A stretch of 64,000 nt of DNA, taken from the NCBI RefSeq assembly GCF_009914755.1, contig NC_060942.1. One strand, 5' to 3'. Origin of the DNA: the human T2T-CHM13v2.0 reference genome, Homo sapiens. This document shows positions 1-19,059 of this stretch, in pieces (the stretch's first letter is position 1; each line of letters starts with the position of its first letter). The notes under the pieces are model-generated. The model saw only the letters and a program-made list of their open reading frames with translations. It had not been told where the DNA came from and made no database searches. A program made the translations under genes and the position numbers.

Positions 1-3796
<3,796 letters not shown>

Positions 3797-4068
3797 TAAT
3801 GTAAATGTTATGTATTATGTGCCTAATCATCTGCTGGTTCAGTTTTTTAATATTTGGATTATTTAGTATCTGGTTTTGTTTAACGGAACAGGACTGTGGT
3901 CAGAACAATGGCATGGTCAACCGGGATGCCCTCCTTCTGCAAGATAGGGAAGGGCGGGTGCTACATGACTGTGGGAACCAGGTGTCTGGCAATTGGGATG
4001 GTAACTGTCAAGAAATGCAAGTGTCTGAGGCTTTACCCTACTGGCAAGCTAACTTGTTTTATGGATGC

Positions 4069-4488
4069 TGTTAGAAGATGCAAGATTCCTGGATCAGGGA
4101 AAAGGATTTTATTACCTAAGCCACAGGAAGCAGCATGAACTTCATGCTTGCATCAGTTTCCCTTGCCCATCAGGTCACACAGGGGCAAAGTAGAGATTCC
4201 CAGGTTGGTGCTGTATACACTATGGGTTTCTATCACAGTTGAGTAATCTCAAGCTTAGGAAACCCAAATCTTATAATGGGCTGCAAGCAAACCTGCTTAA
4301 CCTTTGCTCCAGAGAGAGACATACTGAACAAAAGCAAAGCTCTACTCTGGAGGAAGACACTATCTCTTTTTTCCAAGACTTTTCACTATAAAACATCCTT
4401 GGAAAGGTTGTCTGGAACAAAGGGCTGTCAGTGCCTCTGTTCACTAGCTGTGCAAGAGATGTATGTAGAAGTAGAATTACCTTCAACA
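4069..4488. mobile_element. Old ERVL-class solo LTR relic (MER54/MER74-like)
   Basis: Bounded by TGTTAGAAG...CTTCAACA with inverted TG..CA termini; resembles recalled consensus, subfamily uncertain. Confidence 0.5.
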
Positions 4489-4915
4489 GTGACTTAGCAG
4501 GTTCTGAAAAAAAAACCTGGAGTCACGAAATATCAGCCCATTTTATCATTCATCTGCACCAAAAGAAAATGTTGGTGAAATTAAAATTAAAAAACCCAAC
4601 TCTCTACTCCCTCCCCTTCAAAAAAATTTAAGCAAAGCATGCAGCCTGGTACACAGTAGGCATCCAACAAGTGCTGATACCCATTCTCAGGCTCCCCACA
4701 CATATCCTCTCACATAATTTTGGTGCTCATTTATTCTTTTCTTTGACATATGCTCTTATTTTCATTGTTTTCATCTTTATAAAAAATATTGATGTTGCAA
4801 TTATGATTCGCAAAGGAATATGTCCTAGATGACCATATTTATAACTTCCCCAAAGGTCCAAAGAACTTTTTTGGATGTTTTGTACTGGAGTTGGTCTTGA
4901 GTTTCTGCACGTGAT

Positions 4916-4932
4916 ACACTAGGTGGTGCTAA
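4916..4932 (+). promoter_or_regulatory. CTCF-like motif (copy 1), adjacent E-box CACGTG at 4908-4913
   Basis: ACACTAGGTGGTGCTAA resembles the CTCF core CCACYAGRKGGCGCTA; identical 17-mer at 37409. Confidence 0.4.
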
Positions 4933-5006
4933 TTGACTGAGCTGAGCAGGGACACTCTTTGCAGCGACGTTAAAGACTAAACCTCACTGAATAGATGTTT
5001 TTACAG

Positions 5007-5504
5007 ACGTCAATCAAAGGAGGAAATCTCAATTATTAATAACTGCACTTCTTGAAGATATAAAGAGAAAATGCTATTAATAACGATCATGGTCTTTTCC
5101 TTCCCAAATTATTTATAATTACCTGCTTTGCCAAGGACAGAATTCAGCTCTAATTCTGCAGACATTGTCAGGTAATTGTTACGTTCAAGAAAAGCTCTAG
5201 CCTGAGTGAAATCTCCTAAACTAGAAAGTTGCCTTTCCTGGAGGAGCAACAATATGGAGAAATGCTTTGTAGAGCAAGGCAGAATTTTCTTTCCAGACCC
5301 AGGCAAGCTCAGGCAAGAACCTAAGACTACAGCCAGGTGTAGGGGAAAAAAATTCCTCAGCTGGTCTAGATCAACAAACCACTAAATCACTAAACTAAAG
5401 GGCTCCTTTACTAATTTGTCTTACATGGTCAGAAACATAATTTCAAGAAAAAGAAAGTCTTTATTTGAATTTATTGTTCAGACTAAAAGCGAATTAACCA
5501 GCAG
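5007..5504 (+). pseudogene. Candidate decayed exon of unidentified + strand gene
   Basis: Acceptor tgtttttacag| and donor cag|gtaatc. 5122-5504 reads about 127 codons with 3 stops (PALPRTEFSSNSADIVR*LLRSRKALA*VKSPKLESC...RKRKSLFEFIVQTKSELTS). Confidence 0.4.
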
Positions 5505-5770
5505 GTAATCCAGGGCCAATATGAAACATAAAGGAAGATTTATATGAATCATACTTCCTCTGCATTGTATTACAGGAGAAATATAGTTCTAATTTGTAAA
5601 CGTTCAAAGCATTTCTGACCCTTAAATAACTCCGATTTATAAAAGTAAACACACAAGCCAGCTTTTACTGTCTTTGTCTTTTATGAGTGCCGATGCATTA
5701 GGCAGCATTCTTGCAATGCCACACCAATGTGCCCCTACCAAGTAAGGTCAAAATAATAACTGTTCCAATT

Positions 5771-5963
<193 letters not shown>

Positions 5964-6477
5964 TAGTTCTCCATTATATAAGTCATGAAACTGTCTTTAT
6001 GAATGGCTGCACCTGGAAGTTTGATGCCTGAAGGTTTTTTTATGTAAACTGGATTATATTTAAGTAAAGATATCCACCCCATAGCTGCAAAGGACTGTCA
6101 TCAGTGAAAGGAGAAGTTAAAAAAAAATAGAAAAAAATATATATATAGGTAGATATAAATTATTGGTAATATTTTACTTCTCGAATGAGTAGCATCCATT
6201 ATATTCTAAAAGCATAAATAAGCAAATAAAATAAGAATGCCATTCATGAAACAATGACAATAATATTTTATGAAGCAAGGACTATAATTAATCCAATTCT
6301 ATGTACTTAAATAAATAAACAGAATAAGTCAAAGGTAGCATAACATTCCACATCCATGTGACCCAATGCCTAAACATCTGCCTGTAACTACTCAACTCAG
6401 TCCTGGGAAATAACGTGGGCAAAAATAATTCAGAATCAGGATGTCTGGTTCTCCCACATTGGTGGGAACTTGAGTGA

Positions 6478-6795
<318 letters not shown>

Positions 6796-6905
6796 CATGC
6801 TGATAATCTTACAAGGCTTCAGGTCAGAGTAAGGGGACAGGTGCCTCCTTCCTGAGGAATGAAAATGTGCAAGGATCAGAAGAAACATCAGAAGTCATGT
6901 CCTGG

Positions 6906-8175
6906 TGTTCTGGGATCTTTGGGGTGTCAATTTTCTGGCCAGAAACCTCTGTGGCCACAGCACCTTTGCCCAAGCTCTTGTCCTGAATCCAGGAAGAATG
7001 AAGTATGCAGACAAGTGAAGGGTGAACAAGACAAAAATGAGCTTTACTGAGTGTTACAACAGCTCAGAGGAGACCTGCAGTGGGTAGCTCCTCTCTGTAG
7101 GCAGGTCATCTATGGAGTTTTCAGTTCTCAGCAGAGAGGTGGCCCTGGAGAGGATAGCTCCTCTCTGCAACTGGTCATCCTGATGTCTGCAGCTCTGCAG
7201 CTCTCCCCCAGAGAGGAGGCCCTGGAGATGACGGCTCCTCTCTGCCAGCAAGTCGTCTCTGCAGCTCTCAGCAGAGAGGATAACTCCTCTCTGCAACTGG
7301 TCATCCCATCATCTGCAGCTATCAGCAGAGAGAATAGCTCCTCTCTACAGCTGGTCGTCCCATCCTCTCTTTCTCTCCCCTCTTTGTTCCTCTGGCCATC
7401 CTCTGCCCTGCTCTGGCTGAGCCCAGGGCTTTTATGGACCTCAGAGGGGAGGAAGTGTGTGCCTATTGGTCCATGGGCAGCCATGGGTGGTCCAGAAGAG
7501 GCACCACGAGTCCCCACTCCCATCCACAGGACTGGCAGCCCAGATCCAAGCCTTCAGGCCCTTCCCAGCCTGAAGGTGGGGCCTTAATGCGGGCTGCCCC
7601 CTTCCACCCAGGACTCTGCCTCTCGCTGCCATTCAAGGCCCAGGGCTCGGCCCCAACCCCACTCAGATATCCCAGCAGACACTGGGAAAGGAGAAGGGAG
7701 GGTTTTTCCTGGGGCCCCCAAGGTACAGGCTGCAGGGATGCCAGGGTCCTCCTGCGCCTAGGAGAGCGGGAGCTCCAGCCCCATCAACTAGGAAATGGGC
7801 TGGGCTCCTGCTTGTCCCGGCTCCTGCTCCATGAAACAGGAGGCCCAGGTCTGCAGCCTCGGGTCTGGCTGCTGCAGCTGCACCCAGGAGGGCAGATCCT
7901 GCCTGTTTCCGGCCCCCACCCAAGATCACTGGGAGGCTCCGATCCATAGCTGCAGTTTGGGTGGCTATAGCCCCACCCAGGAGGGCAGGTCTTCTGCCTG
8001 CTCCATAGAGCAGGAGGCCTGGGTCTGCAGCCACAATTCGGGCAGGGGCAGCGGCACCGAGGGAGCTCCCACCCCAACTCAGAAAGGGCGTGGCTCCCAC
8101 CCGCTCCATGGAGTGTGCAGCCCCAGCTGCTCCTCCCTGCTGCAGCCGACGTGATGGCAGCAGCCACTGCCATCA
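6906..8175 (-). mobile_element. MER52-family (ERV1) solo LTR with internal tandem repeats at about 7065-7365
   Basis: TGTT...CATCA termini with a 4-bp TSD CTGG (6902-6905, 8176-8179); GC-rich; repeated cagagagg..gctcctctctgc..gtc(a/g)tc units; matches recalled MER52 consensus. Confidence 0.85.
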
Positions 8176-8795
8176 CTGGAAGAATGCCAAGTTCAAAGTC
8201 TGGAGCTTCTACAGCAGCACCTTAAGCAAGAGAGTTATACAAAGGTCAGTGATCCCAGTATGAGGTCAGGAGAGTAAAGAACAGATATAAGGCATCCTCC
8301 CTGCAAGAGACCCTCTACAGCCAGACCCTAGGAGTATAATGGCAAAAACTTGGGACTAAAGGTAAGCTATAGAGAGACATGGCTCAGAAGATGAGAAAAA
8401 GCATTCTCTAGCTTTGCTCAAGGTTCACAAGCAAACATTTTCTGTATCAATCCTTGATGTTAAAGGCCTTCTTAAAACAAAAGAGCATACTTTAGTTCTT
8501 TCAGTAAGTACAGTGTGATAATACAATCTAATACCTTTGATTCATTATTGGGAGCATTCATCTATTTATTCAGCCAACATTTACCTATTCTGTTCTTGGG
8601 ACTGTGTTATGCATCAGTGTCAGTGTAAGGAAAATAGAATGGAGCCACAGAAGTTAAACAACATTGGACCTTATTTGTTGTTATCCTCCAAATGGGCTCT
8701 GAATGTGACTTTAATATCTCTGATAAGAGCCTTTCCTAGGGACATTTTCCTAGTAACAATTTTAAGTGTTTAAGATAATGTACATTAAAGTGTCT

Positions 8796-8943
8796 GGCCA
8801 GACATGTGGTAACATGTGGCTCTAGCTTGTGATCCCAGCACTTGGGGAGGCCAAGGCAGGAGGACTGCTTGAGACCAGGAGTTTGAGACCAGCCTGGACA
8901 ACAAGTGAGATCCTGACTCTAACAACAAAAGCAACAACAACAA
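8796..8943 (+). mobile_element. Alu monomer (FLAM-like)
   Basis: ggccag..gtggctc..cccagcacttggggaggccaagg..accagcctggacaac followed by a (CAA)n tail. Confidence 0.8.
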
Positions 8944-9061
8944 ATGTCTACTGATTTGGCAGTCCTGGTTAATTTAGGATCTATTACATTTCCTGTACTG
9001 TACTTGTCCCAAATGTAAAAGCCTAAAAACTCCTACCTTCATTACACTGACTTCTTGCCAG

Positions 9062-9230
9062 CAGGGCACCCGACCCCCCTTCCCAAGACTCTAGAATGCT
9101 ACAGATGCTAATAATAATGCCTTGAAGTCCAAAACAAACACATTAGCAAGGTCCTGGAAGTGTGCAATGAAAGCTACTAGGGACTTTCCATCCTGTCAAG
9201 CAAATTCATCATAGCCCAGTCAGTTATCAG
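9062..9230 (+). pseudogene. Candidate decayed exon
   Basis: ctgacttcttgccag|cag (NAGNAG acceptor). Phase 0 matches the 8503 donor: QGTRPPFPRL*NATDANNNALKSKTNTLARSWKCAMKATRDFPSCQANSS*PSQLS. Donor cag|gttaag. Confidence 0.4.
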
Positions 9231-9414
9231 GTTAAGCATAATTCTTTGATGAGCTTGTTAAAGGAAAATAAGTAAATTGGAGGCTATTCAAAGTCAGGGG
9301 CTGTGTTCTCAACTTCTTTGTAATTCCCCACAGTAAACTAGTATAATGCTTGGTTGACAGTTATTCCTCAATTAACAATTAGCTTTTGTTGATTTATCCC
9401 TTTTATTTTTCAAG

Positions 9415-9621
9415 CATAGAATAAGGGATAATGGGAGTTATATGAACAACAGGATATTCTTGACACACTTTCCTAGAACATCAAATTCACTCAAAGATTT
9501 GGAGACATAAGACATTTTTTTTTAAAGTACAATGCAAGAATCTAAATGAATTTTTAAAATATGAAACAAAGACAATCCACACTTATGGCTGGGTATCTGA
9601 AGACATACCTTCAGGCCCCAG
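9415..9621 (+). pseudogene. Candidate decayed exon
   Basis: Strong acceptor cccttttatttttcaag|. Reads HRIRDNGSYMNNRIFLTHFPRTSNSLKDLET*DIFF, then a frameshift in a T-run, then KVQCKNLNEFLKYETKTIHTYGWVSEDIPSGP; donor cag|gtgatg. Phases with its neighbours do not match cleanly. Confidence 0.4.
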
Positions 9622-9682
9622 GTGATGATTGTCACTTTTTCTCTTTAGTGGAAAAATCTGCAGCAGACTGCTTGATGCCTGG

Positions 9683-9683
<1 letters not shown>

Positions 9684-9719
<36 letters not shown>
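9684..9719. repeat. (CA)n microsatellite
   Basis: Direct reading. Confidence 0.98.
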
Positions 9720-9722
<3 letters not shown>

Positions 9723-10319
9723 TTTGCCTCCCCCTCCACCCAAAAAGCATATATTTAAACCTACAAATTCTACTTTTAGGAACTTACCATAATAAATAAC
9801 TCTTATAAATAAGAATGCAAACACAAACGATAGCAGCTGTTCACCTATAATTACTTTTATAGTAAAAAATGTTGAACATTGTAAATGTCGCTCATTTAGA
9901 GAATGGTAAAACAAATTATGGGAATGCCATCTAATGAAATTCTATTTAAAATAATGGTGCAGATCTACATTTATTAACATTAAAAGATGTCCACAATATG
10001 CTAAATGAGCAAATTTAAAAATAAATAAGATCTCAATTTGTTTTAAAATAATGTTTAAAAGATATGTGTATGTGTAACCATGTATACACATATTCAGAAA
10101 AAAGTCTGTAAGGCTATGTAACAAAACAATAACTCTTTCTGAGGGCTAGACCTACAGGTGATTTTTTCTTTTTTGTACTTTTCTATAAACATAATTTCTT
10201 ACATGAACATAAGGTAATTTTAAAAATGAAGCTATTAAAGAAATTTATATAATACAAAAAGTATAAAGAAAGAAAAAAAATTATTCCCAAATCTTGCCTT
10301 CTAAAAATAATCATTTTTT

Positions 10320-11705
<1,386 letters not shown>

Positions 11706-12267
11706 TTATTCTGAAAAGATGGCAATCATCTCAAGTATCTCTATATACATAAATATACCTAGATATGTGAATTAGCTAGATAAATGATAGCTATATAGGC
11801 AAATAAATTAAAGTTTAATAAACTAGAATCACATGAATGCTACATTGTCATAAAAAGCACTAAATATAAGTATTATTGACTTTAAAAGAAAAAAAACTGA
11901 AATGCATTAAAATAATTGTTTGGGTTCAGCTAAACATTTTTATCACCATAGAATATTTTGTTTTCTAAAATATCTCTCTAAGATTCAGAAAAAATTATAG
12001 AACAAAAAGTTTCAATTATTAAATAATGATATGTTTAATATAGACATTATCAATTGACTCTTTCCTAAACAAGTTAAGAAAATTAGCAAGCTTTCACTTC
12101 TTCCCACATACTCATTTTGGTTAGTTTTTATTTTTATATTTCAGGCTTTATAACATTTACATTTGCTTCTATAGCCATAATTCCTACAACTGTTAAGTCT
12201 TAGATAATATCTAAATGAAGCCAATAATCTCCACCTATTCTTTTGTAATGTCTTTTCCATTCCATAG

Positions 12268-12676
<409 letters not shown>

Positions 12677-13249
12677 TGAATGTTTAGGAATAACTTTCTG
12701 TTACCGTTATGTACGAATTACAATTTGGCTGGTTATTATACCGTTTGGTTATATTTTCTTCCCTTAATTGAATTTGGCTATACAGAATATATATAAGTAA
12801 TATATATGCATATATATGCATGTAATACATTTCTATATCATGTGTTTTATTACATTTTCTGTGCTGTTTTCTACTTTAGTGATACCAAATATCTTTCTGA
12901 CATACCAGCCTTTTCACTTCTATATTATCCCTTGTCTAATTATTTTAATGTATTTTTTGCACTGATTCTCTTAAGTCTTTCTTCCACATCAGTAATTCTG
13001 TTTTAAGCCGTGTCTAATCTGTTCATTACCATATAAATTAGTTCTATAATGGTGTTGGTCTTCTGTTTTTTTTTTCAGCTCTGTGAATTCTCTTTCATTT
13101 CACTCTGCTATTTGAGAGCTTGTTATACCTGTCATGTTCTTACTAAATCCTTCTATATACAAAACACTCAAGAATGTTTTTTCATTTTGATTATATTTTT
13201 TTCTAGAGAAGTTTCTTTCTAGTCTTTCACTGTCATATTCCTTTTTCTC

Positions 13250-14560
13250 CTTCAAAGCCCGACTTCTTAAAGATCTCCACTTGCTCAATTCTGACTCACT
13301 CCTAAACCATTTCAATTTGTTTCTGACCCCCCTATTCCAGCAAAAACTGCTCTCAGCGGGTCACCAATGACTTCCTTATTGTTAAATACAATGAACTTCA
13401 GTCTCACTTGTACCCTTGGCAGCATTTGTTGTGGCTAATCACTCCTTCCGCTAAACACTCTTCCCTTGGCTTCCATTACAACACACCCTCTGGTTTTCCT
13501 TCTACCTCTCTAATTACTTCTCAGCATCTTTTGTGGAGTTTTCTTCCTCTGCTTTTCCCTTAAATTTTCTGTTCTATAAGGATTATGCTAGAATCTTGAC
13601 TCATTCTATAAACTCTCAGTGTTTGAATCTATCTACTCTTCTGGCTTAAATTACATCTATACACAGCTTCTAATTTATAGCTCCATTACCTAGTGTCTCC
13701 CCAGTGTATCTATTTATTGGACACTTTGGTCAAGTCCTAAACTGAACTCATAATCTTCTATTCCCAACCTGCTCCTCCTCTTCAGTTTTCTGCTTCTCTA
13801 AAAAGAAACTACCCGGTTGTTCAAGTCAGATACTTGGGGGTTATCTTTAACTCCTTGTTTTTCTTCTCATAGTTAACCATCAGGCCTAATGATTTTAACT
13901 CCTAATAAAATTATCTTAGCTACTCTCTATCACCACTGCCATTGCCTATCTCAAGTAACTATCTTCTATTTCCAGTTTTACTGCAATAGTCTCAAACTAA
14001 TTTTCTAAAGTGGTTCTACTGAAATTCAAATCTGATCATGCCATACCCAGTACCCCTTAAAATCTTTCAATAACTGGCCATTGCCTATGAGATAGCCTCC
14101 AAACACCTTAACCTGGCATAAATGACCCTTCTCGGTTACAGTCTCTTGATACTTCTCCAATTTCATTTTCTGTTTCACATATATGTTCCGGTCAAGATAA
14201 ACTACTTACAGTTCACTAAAAATAATCAGGTTCTCTTTCAGCTTTGCATGTTATTCCATCTACTTTAATCACTCTCACTCCTCCCATTGGCCTGGCTAAG
14301 TCCTAACCATCTTTCCACTCTTAATTTAGAAGTTCCTTCTTCTAGGAAACTTTCTTGGATTCCCAGTTTCAAGTTAAGTATCCCCCTCCTAAGTACTCTC
14401 ACAGGACCTTGAACTTCTTTAACACATTCTGCCATAACAAAGTTGCCTTTTTACTTCTCTAGAAACTAGACTGTAAGTATCAAGAGGTGGGTATGGTGTG
14501 TATCTTGTTCACGATTGCATCCCCAACCTCTAAAAAAGAATGATTTTTGAATGATTGAAT
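13250..14560. mobile_element. L2 LINE relic
   Basis: Typical L2 motifs (gtcaccaatgacttcctt, ctaaactgaactcat, aaatctgatcatgcca, ctagactgtaag, ttgaatgattgaat). Confidence 0.75.
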
Positions 14561-14899
14561 CAATAGGAGAATGTAGCTTTACAGAGAAAGAGAAGCAAAC
14601 TAACATATAAACTAAAAATGCCTCTTCCTTAGAGAATGAAGGAAAGGATGAAAGAGTATATGCCTTGCTTTTGTTAGTTCTTGACAGAAAATGTTAGGCT
14701 TAATCAAATGGCATAGCCTCAATACTTGGCCATTTTTTACCTACAAAAATGACAATTTAATACAGCTCAACTTAATACATTTTGATGGTTTGACCTACAT
14801 TCACAAACTATCAAACCTGGAGAAACCCAGTATCCTGATACCAAAGATGAAAGGCTAGAGCCAGACCACTAATCTTTAACCCCATTCTCTTTTAATCAG

Positions 14900-15130
14900 C
14901 AAATTTTGAGAAATGAATGAAGTATAAATATTGATGCATAAGACAGGACTGAAACATTTGAAGTTGAACCACTTTTAGACAAGACATGCACTGAACTGGG
15001 TGGCCTAAATTCTGAGACAAATGTTTCTGATTTCCCTGGGCGTAGCCAGAGATTAAGCCGATATTTTTCTTTAAAAGACTATCATTCATCTTCGACTAGT
15101 TCATGGGAAAGGAAGCCTCTTTAGAAGAAG
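14900..15130 (+). pseudogene. Decayed exon (231 nt, phase 0-0)
   Basis: cccattctcttttaatcag| QILRNE*SINIDA*DRTETFEVEPLLDKTCTELGGLNSETNVSDFPGRSQRLSRYFSLKDYHSSSTSSWERKPL*KK |gtacag. Confidence 0.6.
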
Positions 15131-15310
15131 GTACAGCGACTGGTTAACATACAATGTATTCATTAAAACCTCATATGCCAACTGGTGCTTAATAACTACT
15201 TTAAAAAATATTCATGGTGACAGAAATGGAAAGATTTAGTGCCTTCATATGAATAAAAATGTTCAGATTCTTTATTAAAGTTTGCTTTAATAAAGTGGCT
15301 TCTTTTTTAG

Positions 15311-15369
15311 GATTGTTATTCCCCTACCATGTATACTAATACATTCAAGAAAGGTAGAGAGAACTTAAG
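15311..15369 (+). pseudogene. Exon (59 nt, phase 0-2), open
   Basis: gcttcttttttag| DCYSPTMYTNTFKKGRENL(R) aag|gtatgt. Strong splice sites; phases fit both neighbours. Confidence 0.65.
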
Positions 15370-15537
15370 GTATGTTCTATTTCATATTCACCTCCAATAA
15401 AACCACTAAATTGGATGAAAACTAGAATTGTCACTTATTCTCTAGCAACCAAATAAATTTTATAAAGCTAGACATTGGTCCTAAATTTTCTTTATATCAT
15501 CTTTTATTGTTAACATGGTTAATCTCTTCTCAAATAG

Positions 15538-15680
15538 GGAGGCTATGTATATTACCAAAAAAAATTGGAGCAATGAAAAAAAACTAGTGAAATCAAGCAA
15601 TAGCCAAACTGGATCATTTATGCTCCAAATGTTCTTTTCATCTGCCAGTGTTTTTTCTCCAGACATAATCTTCCACATAA
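15538..15680 (+). pseudogene. Exon (143 nt, phase 2-1), open
   Basis: aatctcttctcaaatag| (R)EAMYITKKNWSNEKKLVKSSNSQTGSFMLQMFFSSASVFSPDIIFHI, same frame as ORF 15515-15697. Donor aa|gtacag is weak. Confidence 0.55.
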
Positions 15681-16271
15681 GTACAGCCTTATGCTAAACT
15701 GACATAATTCCAATGTTACTAGTTGGTTTTGTCAATTTAGTAGAGTAAAATCCAGTAATTTGGGATTAATGAAACAACTAATTGAACTGTTACTTTTCAC
15801 TGGCTGTGTTAATTCAATGTGATACAACACTGTCATATGATCAGGTCAAACCTAGAAAGAATTCATTTGCTCTAAAAAGTGGGCAATTCACCCATAAGCA
15901 CAGAGTATTATTATAGAAACTTTTTCCCCTATGATCTAATACTAGACAATTTGAGCCACTGTGTTAAATTAACATCAAAATATACATTCAGACCAGAATG
16001 GTAGCTTACAAAGATGAACTCTTTTCTCTCTTGTTCACTTTTGTTTGCCTAGTGCCTACATTGTAAGCATTCAAATAATATTTGTTGAATGAGTTAATTA
16101 ATGAAAATTATTATCATCAGTTGCCTATCCTATCCAGACAAAACATTTTGTCTATAGAAAATATGACCAATAAATAACATTCTATGTGTCAGGATCTCCC
16201 AACATAAAGACTTCTAGGTAATTACAAAACTGAAAAGCACTGTTAGCCCCAGTACTGATTTGGGTTCCAGT

Positions 16272-16445
16272 CAGTGGCTTCCAAACTTAGCATGCATCAC
16301 GCTAGTTAAGAACTAGTTAAAATACAGATTGTTGAGCCCCAGGCCTAGAGTTTCTGTTCAACAGGGACCTGATAATCCTCATTTCTAACAAGTTCCTAAG
16401 TGAAGCTGATGCTTCTGGTCCAGAGACCACATTTTGAGAACCGTG
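16272..16445. mobile_element. MER5-type hAT DNA transposon relic
   Basis: cagtggcttccaaactt...catttctaacaagttcc..gtgaagctgatgct..ggtccagagaccacattttgagaacc. Confidence 0.75.
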
Positions 16446-16510
16446 AATTAAGAAAATCAGAGCACTTACTAAGAATAGTCTTTATTTTGCTGATGATATA
16501 TTTTCCACAA

Positions 16511-17130
<620 letters not shown>

Positions 17131-17683
17131 GTATGTATGCCAGGCCAGGCATATTAATAGTAAATACCTCCAAATGATAATAACAACCTATATTTGACAA
17201 AATGTTGGCACACTGGCAAAAACTACATTTATAGTCATACTGTTTCTAGCTTCATCTTTGGAGTCTAGCCATTGAGACACACCTATCTTTGTTAAAGATT
17301 TTACAGATACTCATAAAGGCTAAAAAATACTCATCTTTTAGCAAAAGCACAACCTCTTGCAGATTTTGGAAGCATGAATCTATTAATGCTTTTTTAATAA
17401 AAGAAGTATTAAAGAGAGGTAGGATCTATAGCTGCTCTAGTGGGAAACTTAAAAAGTAATTAAAGAACAATCAATCAGTAGATTTACTAACCCACACCTT
17501 TCTCTGAAAAGTATCACTTTATTTTGAAGCCTTATATATCTCAATAGAAAAGTGAAATAGAGAATTGAACATTTAGTCTGTCAGTTATTCAACAGGACCT
17601 CAATGTAGGGGTGTGTGTGTGTGTGTGTGTTGGCGATGGGGGACATGCCTGCAGGAATGACATCATTCTGCTTTTCTCCTCAA

Positions 17684-18144
17684 AATATTACCTGGAAGAA
17701 CATAGCTTTACATTAACCATGCCAACACCCGCTCATAAGAGTCCTCCCTCCTACCCAGGGAAAAGTGCTAAGCAAGAAATGATTTGCTTTAAATACTGCC
17801 AAGGTTGAGTATCTAAGGACTGGTTCAAGTTGCACATCCAGCAAGGAAGCAGGCTTGAGGCAAGTACAAGCATCTGAGGAAAACACAGGAAGGCTTTTTG
17901 ACAACCCCGTTGGGGATTTTTTCAAAAAGACTTGCAAGATGCCAAGTTAATCTTGAGGCTTCTTGCCTCACTTCCTTTTATGTCCTTCCCTGAACAGTTC
18001 TTGTATAAACTTGTCCTCGGGATGTCTTTCCGCCTCCTATAAACTCCCACCTCTGGGTAGCCTTGGCACCTCTGCCTTACCCCAAGGCCTTGAATTACTT
18101 GCCTATTTCCACATCTCCATGCTTTAAAAAAACTTCCCTTCAAG
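17684..18144 (+). pseudogene. Decayed exon with frameshift
   Basis: NITWKNIALH*PCQHPLIRVLPPTQGKVLSKK*FALNTAKVEYLRTG...LFDNPVGDF, then a shift in a T-run, then QKDLQDAKLILRLLASLPFMSFPEQFLYKLVLGMSFRLL*...LKKLPFK aag|gtagga. The inferred acceptor cttttctcctcaa lacks AG. Confidence 0.5.
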
Positions 18145-18250
18145 GTAGGAATGCAAGATACACCACATTCTCCTTTCTGAGTCAGATGGAGATGGTGGTC
18201 ATTTCCAGGCCAAGTCGACTTTCACTCAGGCTATATCCCCTTTTTCACAG

Positions 18251-18453
18251 AACTTCCTCCCCTCTGGAAATGAGGATAAACTACCTTGACAATTAATTAC
18301 CTGGAGAAGGCCAAGTGAGAGACTCAATCTTTTGAAGAACCAGTTCCCAGATCATTTTGATTTGGAGCAAAACCCTGAACCGAATCCACAGCGAGAAAAG
18401 CCAGCATGTCATGCTGCAAGTTGCACTTCTCCAAGTGCTGCTAGCTACCAATA
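18251..18453 (+). pseudogene. Decayed exon truncated by MaLR insertion
   Basis: 106-nt intron then cccctttttcacag| phase 0 NFLPSGNEDKLP*QLITWRRPSERLNLLKNQFPDHFDLEQNPEPNPQREKPACHAASCTSPSAASYQ. Confidence 0.55.
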
Positions 18454-19055
18454 TGTCTTAGTCTGCTCAGGCTGCTATAACAAAATACCACAGACTGGAT
18501 GGCTTACGCAACACATACTTGTTTCTCTTTTTTTGCAATATGGATAAGTTGAGAATTTTCCAGTCTGCAAGTTCTGCTTCTGGAATTGCTTAACAATTCC
18601 TTCTTTAATTCATCTCTGTCTTCTCATAGTTTACTATCAGTAGTCAGGAGGAACCAAGCCACTTTTTCCACACTTTGCTTAGAAATCTCCTCAGCTAAGT
18701 ATCCAATTTCATTGCTTACATGTTCTACCTTCCACAAAACACTAGCACATAAACACAATTAATTGAAATTTTTGCCACACTATAACAAGGATTACCTTTC
18801 CTCTAGTTTCCAATATCATGTTCCTCACTTCTCCTGAGACCTCACCAGAATGGCCTTTAATGTCCACATTTCTATCAACAGTTTATGATTATTTATGTAT
18901 TCTCTAAGAAAACAAAAACTTTATCTCCAGCTTTCCTATTTTCTTTCTGAGCCCTTACCAGAATCGCCCTTATGTGCACCTCAAAACTCTTCCAGTCTCT
19001 ACCTGTTGCCCAATTCCAAAGCTGCTTCCTCATGTTTAAGTATTTGTTGCAGGGG
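18454..19055 (-). mobile_element. MaLR (MST/MLT1A-like) LTR end fused to internal sequence
   Basis: tgtcttagtctgctcaggctgctataacaaaataccacagactgg is a MaLR LTR end, followed by MaLR-int-like sequence (gttgcccaattccaaagctgcttcc..). Confidence 0.75.
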
Positions 19056-19059
19056 CATT

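Noticed and set aside
3892-4000. GC-richer exon-like block next to the L1 5' end
   Set aside because: Splice sites are weak and the frame is ambiguous. It might belong to the fossil gene but cannot be supported.
7065-7365. Repeat units with variable spacers, superficially CRISPR-like
   Set aside because: They are degenerate internal LTR repeats in primate DNA, with no unique spacers or cas genes.
7051-8176. Cluster of 80-178 aa overlapping ORFs on both strands in a GC-rich island
   Set aside because: All lie inside the MER52-like LTR. High GC and internal repeats explain the lack of stops; this is not a gene or a CpG-island promoter.
9180-9189. Perfect NF-kB site GGGACTTTCC
   Set aside because: A single 10-mer is plausible by chance in 64 kb, and there is no supporting motif cluster.
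15481-15678. Minus-strand ORF with a transmembrane-like segment
   Set aside because: It has no convincing minus-strand splice sites and is antisense to a phase-consistent + strand exon.
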